A stretch of DNA of 64,000 nucleotides from Minisyncoccota bacterium (GCA_035541415.1 DATKNI010000021.1:708-64707), one strand, 5' to 3'. Shown: positions 37,257-46,911, counted from the first letter of the stretch. The notes: generated from the letters alone by a model not told the origin. Made by a program: numbers and translations.

Positions 37257-39980
37257 ATGTTCGACGCCTTCAAAAAGATCTTTGCCGGCAACACGCTGGC
37301 CGCCTTGGAAAGCATGGTGGTCGAGATTAATGCACGCGAACCGGAGATCGAAAAGCTTGCCGATGCCGAATTGCACGAGCGGAGCGCCGCCCTCAAAGCG
37401 CGGCTTGCGCCGAAAGCCGAAGGTGAAGCGCCGGAGGCGTCGCTCGACGATATCCTGCCCGAAGCGTTTGCTCTCGTGCGGGAAGCGGCCCGCCGCACGC
37501 TCGGCCAGCGTCCGTTCGACGTCCAGCTCATGGGCGGCATCGCGCTCCACCAGGGGAAGGTCGCCGAAATGATGACGGGCGAAGGCAAAACGCTTTCCGC
37601 CGTCGCGCCGACGTATCTGAACGCGCTTACCGGCAAGGGCGCGCACGTCGTCACCGTGAACGAATATCTTGCGCGCCGCGACACCGTTTGGATGGGGCAG
37701 GTGTATCGCATGCTTGGCTTGAGCGTGGCGTGCATCGTCCCGGGCGCCGCCTTCCGGTATGATCCCGAATGGAAAGTTCCCGAAGAAGAAGAAAAGAGCG
37801 TCGAAAAAGAAGTTGATGCGACCGGCAGCTTTCTCGTTCAGCAGGACTTTCTCAAGCCGATCAGCCGCCGAGAAGCGTACCTGGCCGATATCACGTACGG
37901 CACCAACCATGAGTTCGGTTTTGACTATTTGCGCGACAACCTGGCGTATTCCGTCGAAGCCCAGGTCCAGCGCGGCCACCACTATGCGATCATCGACGAA
38001 GTCGACAGCATCTTGATCGACGAAGCGCGAACGCCGCTCATTATTGCGGCTCCCGACACCCAGTCGAGCGATTTTTACAAAACATTCGCGCGCGTAGCGT
38101 CGCACCTCGTGAAAGACGAGGACTACGACGTCGACGAAAAGCGCAAAAGCGTTTCGATCACGGATGCCGGCGTGGAAAAAGTGGAGACAATGATCGGCGT
38201 GCAGAACATCTATGCGCCCGAACATATCCGCCTCGTCCATTATCTCGAAGAAAGCGTGAAAGCGCACGCATTATTCCATCGCGACAAAGATTACGTCGTG
38301 AAGAACGACGAAGTGATCATCGTCGATGAATTCACCGGCCGATTGCTCATGGGGCGCCGCTACCAAGCCGGCCTCCACCAGGCGATCGAAGCAAAAGAAG
38401 GCGTCCGCGTGAAAGAGGAATCGCGCACGTATGGAAAAATTTCCATCCAAAATTATTTCCGCATGTATGCGAAGATCGGCGGCATGACGGGGACTGCCCA
38501 AACGTCGGCGGAAGAATTTTATAAGGTATACGACCTCGAGGTTGAAAGCATCCCGCCCAACCGTCCTTTGGCGCGCAAGGACATGAATGATCTCATCTAT
38601 AAGAACGCTGCGGCGAAAATCAAAGCAATCGTGAAGGAAGTGCGCGAGCGCCAGCAAAACGGCCAGCCGGTATTGCTCGGCACAACGTCCATCGCAAAGA
38701 ACGAAATCATTTCAGCCGCGCTCGCTGCGGATAACATCAAGCACGAAGTGCTGAACGCCAAGAATAACGAGCGCGAAGGCGCCATCATCGCGCAAGCCGG
38801 CCGGCTGGGAGCCGTCACGGTTGCGACGAACGTTGCCGGCCGCGGCGTGGACATTCTTCTCGGCGGCAATCCGCCCGACAAAGCGGAAGCCGAACAAGTT
38901 CGCGCCAAAGGCGGCTTGCACGTGATCGGCACGGATCGCCACGAAGCGCGGCGCATTGATAACCAGCTGCGCGGACGCGCCGGCCGCCAGGGCGACCCGG
39001 GCTCGTCGCAGTTCTTCCTTTCGCTCGAAGATGACCTCCTTCGCATTTTCGGCGGCGATCGCATCAAGAGCATGATGGAGCGCCTCGATCTGCCCGAAGA
39101 CCAGCCGATCGAATTTGGGATGGTGACCAAGGCTGTCGCCCAGGCCCAGGAAAAGGTGGAAGGCGCGAACTTCGACCTTCGCAAGCACCTCCTCGATTAC
39201 GATGACGTTCTCAATAAGCAGCGCGGCGCCATTTATAAAAAGCGCCAGGAGCTGCTCGGCATTATGAATAAAGAGGAGCTTGCAGGCATGATTCGGGATG
39301 CCGCGACGGCTTATTTTGATGGGGCGATTGCGCCGCAGATCGGCGAATCTGCCCCTGTGGATTATGGTGATGGCGGTGGCGGCAGCGATGGCGGCGGCAG
39401 TGAAAAGACTCCCTTGGGCCAGCAAAAATTGTATGGGGCGGCGCTCGTCCAAAAGATATTCCAGGACGCCCAGATCGTAAAACCCGAAGAGGCGTCGTCG
39501 CTTCAGTCAGAAGAAGATTTTCGGAAGGCGATTGATGAGCAGAGCGAGAAGGTTGCGGATCATCCGCTCGCAAAAAACCAGATGCTCGGCATCCTCGACA
39601 TGCTGTGGATGACAAACCTCGAAGACCTCGACGCGGTCCAGGAGTCGGTTGGCTTGCGCGCCTACGGCCAGCGCGACCCGCTTGTTGAATACCGGCAGGA
39701 ATCAAGCCGGCTCTTCAAGGCGTTTTGGAATAATTTTGACGCGTGGATTTTTATGAACATTTTCAAACTCCTCACGATGAATTCGTCGGCGGGGGTGGCG
39801 GCCGCTCCGGTTGTCGTTGCGAGCGGAACCGCGAATGCGGCGCACCACGACATCGGGCGCAATGATCGGTGCCCGTGCGGCAGCGGGAAGAAATGGAAGA
39901 AGTGCGGACTGCTGAATACGGCCGAACACCAGAAGAACATGGCGAGTGGCGGTCGCAAACACGAAGTCACTGGCGGATAG
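37257..39980 (+). CDS. secA: Preprotein translocase subunit SecA
   Basis: EMMTGEGKT, VVTVNEYLA, IIDEVDSILIDEARTP, QLRGRAGRQGDPG, GRNDRCPCGSGKKWKKC. Confidence 0.98.
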   Translation: MFDAFKKIFAGNTLAALESMVVEINAREPEIEKLADAELHERSAALKARLAPKAEGEAPEASLDDILPEAFALVREAARRTLGQRPFDVQLMGGIALHQGKVAEMMTGEGKTLSAVAPTYLNALTGKGAHVVTVNEYLARRDTVWMGQVYRMLGLSVACIVPGAAFRYDPEWKVPEEEEKSVEKEVDATGSFLVQQDFLKPISRREAYLADITYGTNHEFGFDYLRDNLAYSVEAQVQRGHHYAIIDEVDSILIDEARTPLIIAAPDTQSSDFYKTFARVASHLVKDEDYDVDEKRKSVSITDAGVEKVETMIGVQNIYAPEHIRLVHYLEESVKAHALFHRDKDYVVKNDEVIIVDEFTGRLLMGRRYQAGLHQAIEAKEGVRVKEESRTYGKISIQNYFRMYAKIGGMTGTAQTSAEEFYKVYDLEVESIPPNRPLARKDMNDLIYKNAAAKIKAIVKEVRERQQNGQPVLLGTTSIAKNEIISAALAADNIKHEVLNAKNNEREGAIIAQAGRLGAVTVATNVAGRGVDILLGGNPPDKAEAEQVRAKGGLHVIGTDRHEARRIDNQLRGRAGRQGDPGSSQFFLSLEDDLLRIFGGDRIKSMMERLDLPEDQPIEFGMVTKAVAQAQEKVEGANFDLRKHLLDYDDVLNKQRGAIYKKRQELLGIMNKEELAGMIRDAATAYFDGAIAPQIGESAPVDYGDGGGGSDGGGSEKTPLGQQKLYGAALVQKIFQDAQIVKPEEASSLQSEEDFRKAIDEQSEKVADHPLAKNQMLGILDMLWMTNLEDLDAVQESVGLRAYGQRDPLVEYRQESSRLFKAFWNNFDAWIFMNIFKLLTMNSSAGVAAAPVVVASGTANAAHHDIGRNDRCPCGSGKKWKKCGLLNTAEHQKNMASGGRKHEVTGG

Positions 39981-39981
39981 C

Positions 39982-40530
39982 ATGGTTATTGGAATCACCG
40001 GGCATCCTGCATCAGGGAAAGATTCGGCGGCTGATTTTTTTGCCGCCAAAGGGTTCCAGACGCTTTCGGGTGGCAATGTCTTGCGTGAGATGATGCATCG
40101 TGAGGGGCTTTCCGTCGACCGGACGAGCATGCGCGAATTTACAAAGAGAATGCGCACGCAAAGAGGGAACGCATTCCCAGCCGAAGAAATCGCCAGCCAG
40201 ATTACGGAACAAAACACCGTCATCTCGGGATTGAGAAATCTGGCAGAACTTGAGATTTTCCGCAAAAAATTCGGCAGTAATTTTATTTTGCTTGCCATAG
40301 ATGCCGATGTAGAGGTGCGCTATGAGCGCGTGCTTGGGAGAAAGCGGGCGGGGGATGATCTCACGCTTGAGCGCTTCAAAGAAGAAGAAGACGCGGAACG
40401 CATGGAGCCGTCCGGAAGCCACGAAGTGGACCGCGTGATTGCCGTCGCGGACCACGTCATCAAAAACAACGGCACGAGGGAAGAATTTTTTGAGAAGCTC
40501 GGATTATTTTTGGAAAATATCCCGCGATAA
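39982..40530 (+). CDS. P-loop nucleotide kinase (dephospho-CoA kinase-like)
   Basis: VIGITGHPASGKDS, ISGLRNLAE, ADHVIKNNGT. Confidence 0.8.
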   Translation: MVIGITGHPASGKDSAADFFAAKGFQTLSGGNVLREMMHREGLSVDRTSMREFTKRMRTQRGNAFPAEEIASQITEQNTVISGLRNLAELEIFRKKFGSNFILLAIDADVEVRYERVLGRKRAGDDLTLERFKEEEDAERMEPSGSHEVDRVIAVADHVIKNNGTREEFFEKLGLFLENIPR

Positions 40531-40626
40531 TTTTTTTGCGTCATAACTTCTGCATAACATGGGGATCTAATTCAGAGTTGGATTTTTTAAACGCGTTATT
40601 TGCTAGGAAAATCAAGTAGTAAAAAA

Positions 40627-40647
40627 TTATCCACATGCTGTGGATTA
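40627..40647. promoter_or_regulatory. Inverted pair of DnaA-box-like sites
   Basis: TTATCCACA-tgc-TGTGGATTA. Confidence 0.5.
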
Positions 40648-40741
40648 GCGGCCTGGATTTTTTGACGAAACCTCGCGGCAGACGCTATCGTTATACCAAG
40701 CACGGTTGATTTCTGCCTTCAGATAACGCGGTATAACCCTG

Positions 40742-40766
40742 GTAACAAAAACCAGATCTGTGCGTA
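40742..40766 (+). promoter_or_regulatory. Candidate ECF-type autoregulatory promoter
   Basis: GTAAC-16-CGTA, 7 nt before the ECF ATG. Confidence 0.5.
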
Positions 40767-40773
40767 CTTACTT

Positions 40774-41337
40774 ATGGATCTCACCACTTTGAAGAAAGAC
40801 AAGCTTACCCAGCTCGCCCTTAAAATGAAAAAGGGGGACCGCCGTGCGGCGTCGGAGCTTTACGACGATCTTATGCCCAAGGTTTTTGGGTTTCTCTTTA
40901 CGAGGACCGGAAAACGCGAGATTGCCGAAGATCTCTCGCAGGACATCTTCGTGAAACTCGTGGAAAAGGTGGATAGTTTTGACGAAAAGCGGGGCAAGTT
41001 TACGGTGTGGTTCTGGCAGATGGTCCGTCACGTTTTGATCGACCATTACCGCCAAAAAAAGGAAACGCCATTCTCGGTGTTCGAGGAAGAGACCGTTGCC
41101 ACGATGGCAATTACGGAATTCCCGGATTTCGACCATAAACTGCGCTATGAGCAGCTCAAGGATTTCCTGCGGACGCTCACCGACGACGAACGTCAGCTGT
41201 TTGAACTTCGCTATGTCGCAGAATTGCCGTACAAGGAGATCGCGACGATGCTCGAACGGTCCGAAGGGTCGCTCCGCGTGGCCGTCTTGCGCGTCAAAGA
41301 GAAAATTAAGAAAGAGTTCAGGCATCAGGAGATTTAA
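40774..41337 (+). CDS. ECF sigma factor
   Basis: AEDLSQDIFVKL, FTVWFWQMVRHVLIDHYR, YKEIATMLERSEGSLRV. Confidence 0.92.
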   Translation: MDLTTLKKDKLTQLALKMKKGDRRAASELYDDLMPKVFGFLFTRTGKREIAEDLSQDIFVKLVEKVDSFDEKRGKFTVWFWQMVRHVLIDHYRQKKETPFSVFEEETVATMAITEFPDFDHKLRYEQLKDFLRTLTDDERQLFELRYVAELPYKEIATMLERSEGSLRVAVLRVKEKIKKEFRHQEI

Positions 41338-41373
41338 TATTTTTTTAATAAATCCAGCTCTGGATTTACAACC

Positions 41374-42297
41374 ATGAAAAACGATTTCAAAAAATTACTG
41401 CATCCAGACCGCGATTTTGCGGCGGAAGCCAAGGAGCGATACTTGGCTGCTTTTGATGCGCGCCACGGGACGCGGCCGGAAGCCGTTCGCCGCGCGCCGC
41501 ACGCATGGGCCAAAGTTCTGATCGCCGCCGCCGCGTGCGCCGCAATCATGATGAGCGTGTCCGCATATGCCGACACGGCGAATGTTGCAGCCGATAATCC
41601 GCTGTATCCTTTGAAACGCTTGAGCGAGAATGTCCGCCTCGCGCTCGCTCCGCAGGGCGAGCAAGCCGAGATCCAGGTTTCGCTTGCCGACCGCCGGGCG
41701 AACGAGATCGAAGATCTTTCTGTGCGCAAGCCCACGAGCACGATCATTGCCAAACTCTCACTCGATCTTCAGGACGCCGTGAGCAGCTCGCTTGGCGACG
41801 TTCAAGATGAAAATGGCAATAATGATGATAACGGCAATGGCAATCGCGATGGCGACCACACCCATCCTGTAATAACGAGCGCTTTAAATGCAAGCGGTAC
41901 GGCAACGGGAACGGCGGTGTCGTCCGCGACCGCGATGGCAACGAGCGGCGCTTCCCGTGACGCCGAAAATAATACCGAAGGAAATCACGGCCGCGGGAAT
42001 GTGAGTACAAGCGCCCAGGGATCGAACTCCGATTTGCACGATTCGCATGGACGAGCGGCTCTCACCGTGTGCCGCGGCGTTTCCGCACTGCTCGTCCACT
42101 CATTGCATGCGCGGTCCGACATTTTTGGCAACGTCCAATTGCTGAGCCGCCTCGAAGCGCGCTGCGGCGATATCGCGAACGGCAGCACCACGACGGCTGC
42201 GGCGACAAGCTCCTTGAACGTCGGAGCGACGACGACCGCCACCACGTCCATAATCATTGTTCCCCATGGCAGATTGATTCCGGGACTTCACCTCTGA
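41374..42297 (+). CDS. DUF5667-type membrane-anchored protein, probable anti-sigma partner
   Basis: TM helix then ADNPLYPLKRLSENVRLAL...ADRRANEI; follows the ECF gene. Confidence 0.7.
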   Translation: MKNDFKKLLHPDRDFAAEAKERYLAAFDARHGTRPEAVRRAPHAWAKVLIAAAACAAIMMSVSAYADTANVAADNPLYPLKRLSENVRLALAPQGEQAEIQVSLADRRANEIEDLSVRKPTSTIIAKLSLDLQDAVSSSLGDVQDENGNNDDNGNGNRDGDHTHPVITSALNASGTATGTAVSSATAMATSGASRDAENNTEGNHGRGNVSTSAQGSNSDLHDSHGRAALTVCRGVSALLVHSLHARSDIFGNVQLLSRLEARCGDIANGSTTTAAATSSLNVGATTTATTSIIIVPHGRLIPGLHL

Positions 42298-42338
42298 TCT
42301 GATTTGTTTTCCCGCCGAATTCTGGTATCGTAGGTTGC

Positions 42339-42662
42339 ATGACCATCGATGAATTTCAGAAATCCGATTTGCGCGTCGCCAAAGTAAAAACCGCGGAGCG
42401 CGTTGAAGGGTCGGAAAAATTATTAAAACTTCAGCTTGACCTTGGCGCAGACGGCGAGCGCCAGATTTTGTCCGGCATCGCAAAGCAATATGCTCCGGAA
42501 GATTTGATTGGGAAAAATGTGGTGATCATTGCAAACCTTGATCCGCGCATGATGATGGGAATGGAAAGCCAGGGCATGCTTCTCGCCGCGCATGGCGAAG
42601 GGGGAGCGCCGGTCATCGTCGTGCCGGCGGCTGATGTCCCGCCGGGCTCAAAAATCTCGTAG
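42339..42662 (+). CDS. tRNA-binding OB-fold protein (MetRS C-terminal/Trbp111-like)
   Basis: DLRVAKVKTAERVEGSEKLLKLQLDLG, RQILSGI, NLDPR.MMGMESQGMLL. Confidence 0.9.
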   Translation: MTIDEFQKSDLRVAKVKTAERVEGSEKLLKLQLDLGADGERQILSGIAKQYAPEDLIGKNVVIIANLDPRMMMGMESQGMLLAAHGEGGAPVIVVPAADVPPGSKIS

Positions 42663-42681
42663 GCATGCTATAATTACTCAC

Positions 42682-43176
42682 ATGAAAAAAACCATTTTGG
42701 CAGTCGTGTTCATTATTGTTGCTGCGGGGCTTATCGGCCTCGGGACATGGTACAGCAGCCAGATTTCAACGCAAAGCCAGCAGGCGGCGGTCGACCAAGG
42801 CTCTGCGGCTCAGCAAACCCAATCACAAGCCATGCAAAATCTTAAAATCGTTGATACGGTCGTTGGCACGGGCGTTGCGGCAAAAGCCGGGGACACCGTG
42901 AACGTGCTCTACACGGGCAAGCTCGATGACGGAACCGTTTTTGACGCGTCGGCGAACCACGGGAACCAGCCGTTCTCGTTCACGCTTGGCGCAGGACAGG
43001 TGATCCAAGGATGGGACCTCGGCATCGTCGGCATGAAAGTCGGCGGCACGCGCGAACTCACCATTCCGCCGGAACTCGCCTACGGTGATCGTTCGGTCGG
43101 CGGCGTGATTCCGGCAAACGCCACGCTCCACTTCACCGTGAAGCTGCTTTCGATCGGCACGAGCTCGGCGAAGTAG
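42682..43176 (+). CDS. Membrane-anchored FKBP-type peptidyl-prolyl isomerase
   Basis: YTGKLDDGTVFDAS, FTLGAGQVIQGWD.G, IPPELAYG, IPANATLHF. Confidence 0.95.
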   Translation: MKKTILAVVFIIVAAGLIGLGTWYSSQISTQSQQAAVDQGSAAQQTQSQAMQNLKIVDTVVGTGVAAKAGDTVNVLYTGKLDDGTVFDASANHGNQPFSFTLGAGQVIQGWDLGIVGMKVGGTRELTIPPELAYGDRSVGGVIPANATLHFTVKLLSIGTSSAK

Positions 43177-43230
43177 TTTTTGGAGGAATAATTTTTAGAA
43201 TAAAAAAAACGAAGCACAAGCTTCGTCGAC

Positions 43231-43268
43231 AAAAAAAGAATGAGGGGCACCGAGATGGTGCCCCTTTT
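43231..43268. terminator. Bidirectional intrinsic terminator
   Basis: A-tract, AGGGGCACC-gagat-GGTGCCCCT, T-tract. Confidence 0.75.
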
Positions 43269-43295
43269 CGTACTGCGCAGGGTTGCCTGCTGCAG

Positions 43296-43475
43296 CTACT
43301 GCGGAAGTGTGCGGCTCACTTGCGCAGTCATTGCGGGCGAGGCCGGCAAGTTGTTGAGAAATGCCGTCGCCTTGCCAAAGAGCGCGAGGAGGAAGACCTC
43401 AAGCGCCCGAAGTACGTCGGGCATCAATACTGCCGCGACGATTACGAATGCCGCAAACGCGATTGCGCCACTCAT
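43296..43475 (-). CDS. Small hydrophobic protein (59 aa, not in ORF track)
   Basis: MSGAIAFAAFVIVAAVLMPDVLRALEVFLLALFGKATAFLNNLPASPAMTAQVSRTLPQ; promoter upstream and terminator downstream on the same strand. Confidence 0.6.
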   Translation of the reverse strand: MSGAIAFAAFVIVAAVLMPDVLRALEVFLLALFGKATAFLNNLPASPAMTAQVSRTLPQ

Positions 43476-43629
43476 AGGTGCGATGACCGGGAGGGGTTAC
43501 TTTGAGCGGTAGACCTTTATGCCCAGCTGCGCGCCTATCTGGCGCGTCTTCCTCCCCGCGGGAAGGCCCGCATTTTAGCAGGCGTTCTCGAAGGGAGAAA
43601 GACGGATTGCTTTTATAAGGTGCCCGAAA

Positions 43630-43669
43630 ATCATAGCATATTGACATTCTTTTTGTCAAGATGTATAAT
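43630..43669. promoter_or_regulatory. Overlapping divergent sigma-70 promoters
   Basis: + strand TTGACA-17-TATAAT (43641-43669); - strand TTGACA-18-TATGAT (43659-43630). Confidence 0.7.
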
Positions 43670-43723
43670 ATGCGCAGTTGAGCGATACGGCTATGAGCTC
43701 ATTTGAACAGCAATTTGGCCCTG

Positions 43724-43750
43724 GCCGCCCTTCAAAAAAGGGCGGTTTTT
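43724..43750 (+). terminator. Intrinsic terminator upstream of the response regulator
   Basis: GCCGCCCTT-caaaa-AAGGGCGGT-TTTT. Confidence 0.7.
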
Positions 43751-43780
43751 CATTTAATAATTTTTTAATCTCCGTCTGTT

Positions 43781-44464
43781 ATGATTGAACCCATGCGAGC
43801 ACTTTTGGTCGAAGACGAGCCCAAAATGGCCCATTTTATTTTGGAAGGATTGCGATCCGACCATTTTGCGGTTGATTGGACAGACAACGCCGAAAAGGCG
43901 CTCTTTTGGGCAAAAACCAATCCGTACGATGTCGGCGTTATCGATATCAATCTCGGCAAAGGCGGCAATGGCATCGATATCTGCAAAGCCATCCGTGCCA
44001 AAGGAAAGACGTTCCCCGTCATCATGCTTTCGGTCATCAGCGATACGGCAACGAAAGTCGAGGCGTTAAACAGCGGCGCCGACGATTATCTCACGAAGCC
44101 GTTCGCCATCATGGAGCTCATCGCCCGCGTCCGCGCGCTCCTGCGGCGCGAAAAACATATCGTGGGACCCGTGATTACCATCGCCGACCTTGAGCTCGAC
44201 AGTCTTGCTCATACCGTAAGGCGGAACGGGAAGTCCATCGACCTCAACAAGAAAGAGTTCGCGCTTCTCGAATATCTTATGCGGAACCAAGGCACCACGC
44301 TCACGCGCACGATGATATTGGAACACGTGTGGGATATAAACGCAGATCCCTTCACGAACACCGTCGACGTGCACATCCGATTTCTTCGCGGCAAGATCGA
44401 CGAGGGACGCAAAAAGAAATTGCTAAAGACCGTGCACGGCTATGGATACAAGATCGAAGAATAG
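43781..44464 (+). CDS. OmpR/PhoB-family response regulator (no adjacent kinase)
   Basis: LLVEDE, VIDINL, GADDYLTKPF, winged helix TNTVDVHIRFLRGKID...TVHGYGY. Confidence 0.95.
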   Translation: MIEPMRALLVEDEPKMAHFILEGLRSDHFAVDWTDNAEKALFWAKTNPYDVGVIDINLGKGGNGIDICKAIRAKGKTFPVIMLSVISDTATKVEALNSGADDYLTKPFAIMELIARVRALLRREKHIVGPVITIADLELDSLAHTVRRNGKSIDLNKKEFALLEYLMRNQGTTLTRTMILEHVWDINADPFTNTVDVHIRFLRGKIDEGRKKKLLKTVHGYGYKIEE

Positions 44465-44481
44465 GGTAGTATTAAGGTTAT

Positions 44482-46911
44482 ATGGCTCACAAGCATTCCG
44501 TTCCCACTATCTTTGTGGTCCTCGGCGCGACCGGGGATTTGATGGCAAAAAAAATAATACCGGCGCTGTTCCACCTTTACGAAAAGAAAGAGCTGCCTTC
44601 GAATTTCAAATTCGTCGGCGTCTCGCGCCGTGATTGGAACGACGACGATCTGCGCCGGCACATCGAAGCGATTTTAAGCGTCAAAGTCCCGCACGCATCG
44701 CGCGCTTCAATCGAGGGCTTTCTTGAACTCGCCATCTATCACAAGCTTGTTTTTGATTCGCGCGACGACTACATCGGATTGAAAGACGCGCTGCGGCGCA
44801 TCGACGACGAGAAAGGCATGTGCTCGAACAAGCTCATGTATCTTTCCGTCCCGCCGCAATTTTATCCGGAGATTTTGGAGAACATGAAGCGCGCCGGCCT
44901 CCACGAGGAGTGCGCTCCGCAAGGACAAGGCGAAGGCTGGACGCGCATCGTGATTGAAAAGCCGTTTGGCAACGATGAAAAGAGCGCAAAATCCCTTGAT
45001 GCGCTTCTCGCGCGGATTTTCCACGAAGACCAAATTTATCGCGTCGATCACTATCTCGCCAAAGAAACTTTCCAGAATATCCTGGCGTTCCGTTTTTATA
45101 ACGATCTTTTTGAGGATGCGTGGGGCAATAGCCTGATCGAAACGGTATATTTGCGCGAACTCGAAAACGTCGGCGTCGAAGACCGCGGCTCATTTTATGA
45201 TCCGCTCGGCGCCCTTCGCGACGTCGGCCAAAATCACATGCTGCAGATGGCGGCGCTTATCGCGATGGACCAGCCTGCGGGACTCACCGCCGACGCGATC
45301 CGCGCCAAGCGCGCCGAGATTTTGCAAAAGTTGCGGCCGCTTTCAAAAGACGAAATCGCGGCGCAGACCTTCCGCGCGCAATATGAAGGCTACCATTCCA
45401 TCAGGGGCGTGCGTCCGAACTCGCCGACGGAAACGTACTTCCGCGTGCGGTTCGGCATCGATCATCAGAACTGGCAGGGCGTGCAGTTCATTATGGAAGC
45501 CGGCAAACGCATCATCGACCCGCGCGAACATCGCGAGGTGACGGAAATCGAAGTGCTGTTCCGGCATCCGTCGCCATGCCTGTGTCCGCCGGGCAAGCAT
45601 TATCGCGATCGCATCGTGTTCCGGCAGGATCCCAAAGAGGGGATCAGCATCCACTTCTGGGCCAAGAAGCCGGGATTCACGATGGAGATAGAAGAGCGCA
45701 CGTTCGAGTTTGACATCAAAGGGCGCGAAGCGGGCGAAGAGCGGTCGCAGTACACGGAGGAATATGAAAAGCTCCTGCGCGATTGCATGGAGGGTGACCA
45801 GACGCTTTTCATTTCAAGCAAGGAAATTGCGGCAATGTGGCGCTTTGTCGATCCGATCGAAAAGGGCTGGCAGAAAGGGCTCGTTCCGTTGCGGCACTAT
45901 GTTCCCGACAGTTCGGCCGTGACGGTTGAGGCACAGGTGATCGACGAGCCAAAACCCGAATCAAAACTTGTTAAAGAAATTGCCGTGTTTGGCCTCGGTA
46001 AGATGGGCGCGAACGTTGCGCGACAGCTCGACGACAAAGGCTGGCGCGTGGTTGTTGCAAACCGATCGCCGGGTTTGGTTGATGCGCTCAAAAAAGAAGG
46101 ATTCGAGGGGGTGTATACGATCCGCGAACTCACGAGCGCCGTGAAGGCGCCGCGCGTCATATGGATGATGATCACCGCCGGGCAGGGCATCGATGAATTT
46201 TTGTTCGGCACGAAAGGCACCGCCAAAAATCCCGGCCATGAAGGATTGGTGGACCATCTCCGCAAGGGCGACATCGTGATCGACGCGGCAAATTCCTTTT
46301 ATGAAGATACGGTGCGCCGCGCAAAATTGCTCGCAAAGCGCGGCATCCGATTCATGGATGTCGGATTTTCCGGCGGACCGTCGGGCGCGCGCCATGGCGG
46401 CTCGCTCATGATTGGCGGCGAAGAAAAATTATTCAACTATCTTGAGCCGCTCTTCAAGGATCTTTCCGTGCCGGGCGGCTACTCGCATTTCGGCGCGGCC
46501 GGGTCGGGGCATTTTGTGAAGATGGTGCACAATGGCATCGAGTACGGCATGATGCAGTCGCTCGCCGAAGGGTTTGCCCTCATGAAGAAGTCGCCCTTCA
46601 AACTCGACCTCCAGAAAATCGCAAATATCTACAACCGCGGCAGCGTGATCGAGTCGCGCCTCGTAGGTTGGCTCGAAGATGCTTTCCAGGTGTATGGCAA
46701 AGAATTGAAGTCCGTTTCGGGCTCCGTCGCCTATACCGGCGAAGGCGAGTGGACCGTGAAAACCGGCAAAAAGCTCAACATGAAGCTTCCGGCCATCGAA
46801 GATGCGTTCCGTTTTCGGGTCCGTTCCAAGCAAAAGCCGAGTTATATGGGAAAAATCTTGTCTGCATTGCGGAACCGTTTTGGCGGACACTCGATTGATA
46901 ACAAAAAATAA
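44482..46911 (+). CDS. zwf: Fused glucose-6-phosphate dehydrogenase / 6-phosphogluconate dehydrogenase
   Basis: GATGDL, IEKPFG, RVDHYLAKE, RDVGQNH; then GLGKMG, DVGFSGGPSGARHG, GHFVKMVHNGIEYGMMQ, SALRNRFGGH in one frame. Confidence 0.93.
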   Translation: MAHKHSVPTIFVVLGATGDLMAKKIIPALFHLYEKKELPSNFKFVGVSRRDWNDDDLRRHIEAILSVKVPHASRASIEGFLELAIYHKLVFDSRDDYIGLKDALRRIDDEKGMCSNKLMYLSVPPQFYPEILENMKRAGLHEECAPQGQGEGWTRIVIEKPFGNDEKSAKSLDALLARIFHEDQIYRVDHYLAKETFQNILAFRFYNDLFEDAWGNSLIETVYLRELENVGVEDRGSFYDPLGALRDVGQNHMLQMAALIAMDQPAGLTADAIRAKRAEILQKLRPLSKDEIAAQTFRAQYEGYHSIRGVRPNSPTETYFRVRFGIDHQNWQGVQFIMEAGKRIIDPREHREVTEIEVLFRHPSPCLCPPGKHYRDRIVFRQDPKEGISIHFWAKKPGFTMEIEERTFEFDIKGREAGEERSQYTEEYEKLLRDCMEGDQTLFISSKEIAAMWRFVDPIEKGWQKGLVPLRHYVPDSSAVTVEAQVIDEPKPESKLVKEIAVFGLGKMGANVARQLDDKGWRVVVANRSPGLVDALKKEGFEGVYTIRELTSAVKAPRVIWMMITAGQGIDEFLFGTKGTAKNPGHEGLVDHLRKGDIVIDAANSFYEDTVRRAKLLAKRGIRFMDVGFSGGPSGARHGGSLMIGGEEKLFNYLEPLFKDLSVPGGYSHFGAAGSGHFVKMVHNGIEYGMMQSLAEGFALMKKSPFKLDLQKIANIYNRGSVIESRLVGWLEDAFQVYGKELKSVSGSVAYTGEGEWTVKTGKKLNMKLPAIEDAFRFRVRSKQKPSYMGKILSALRNRFGGHSIDNKK

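Noticed and set aside
40531-40773. Possible replication origin
   Set aside because: Only two DnaA boxes and no dnaA/dnaN nearby; skew cannot be judged from this window
43240-43512. Plus-strand Cys-containing ORFs at 43240 and 43320
   Set aside because: One starts inside a terminator and neither has an evident promoter; the minus-strand 59-aa ORF has promoter, hydrophobic profile and terminator
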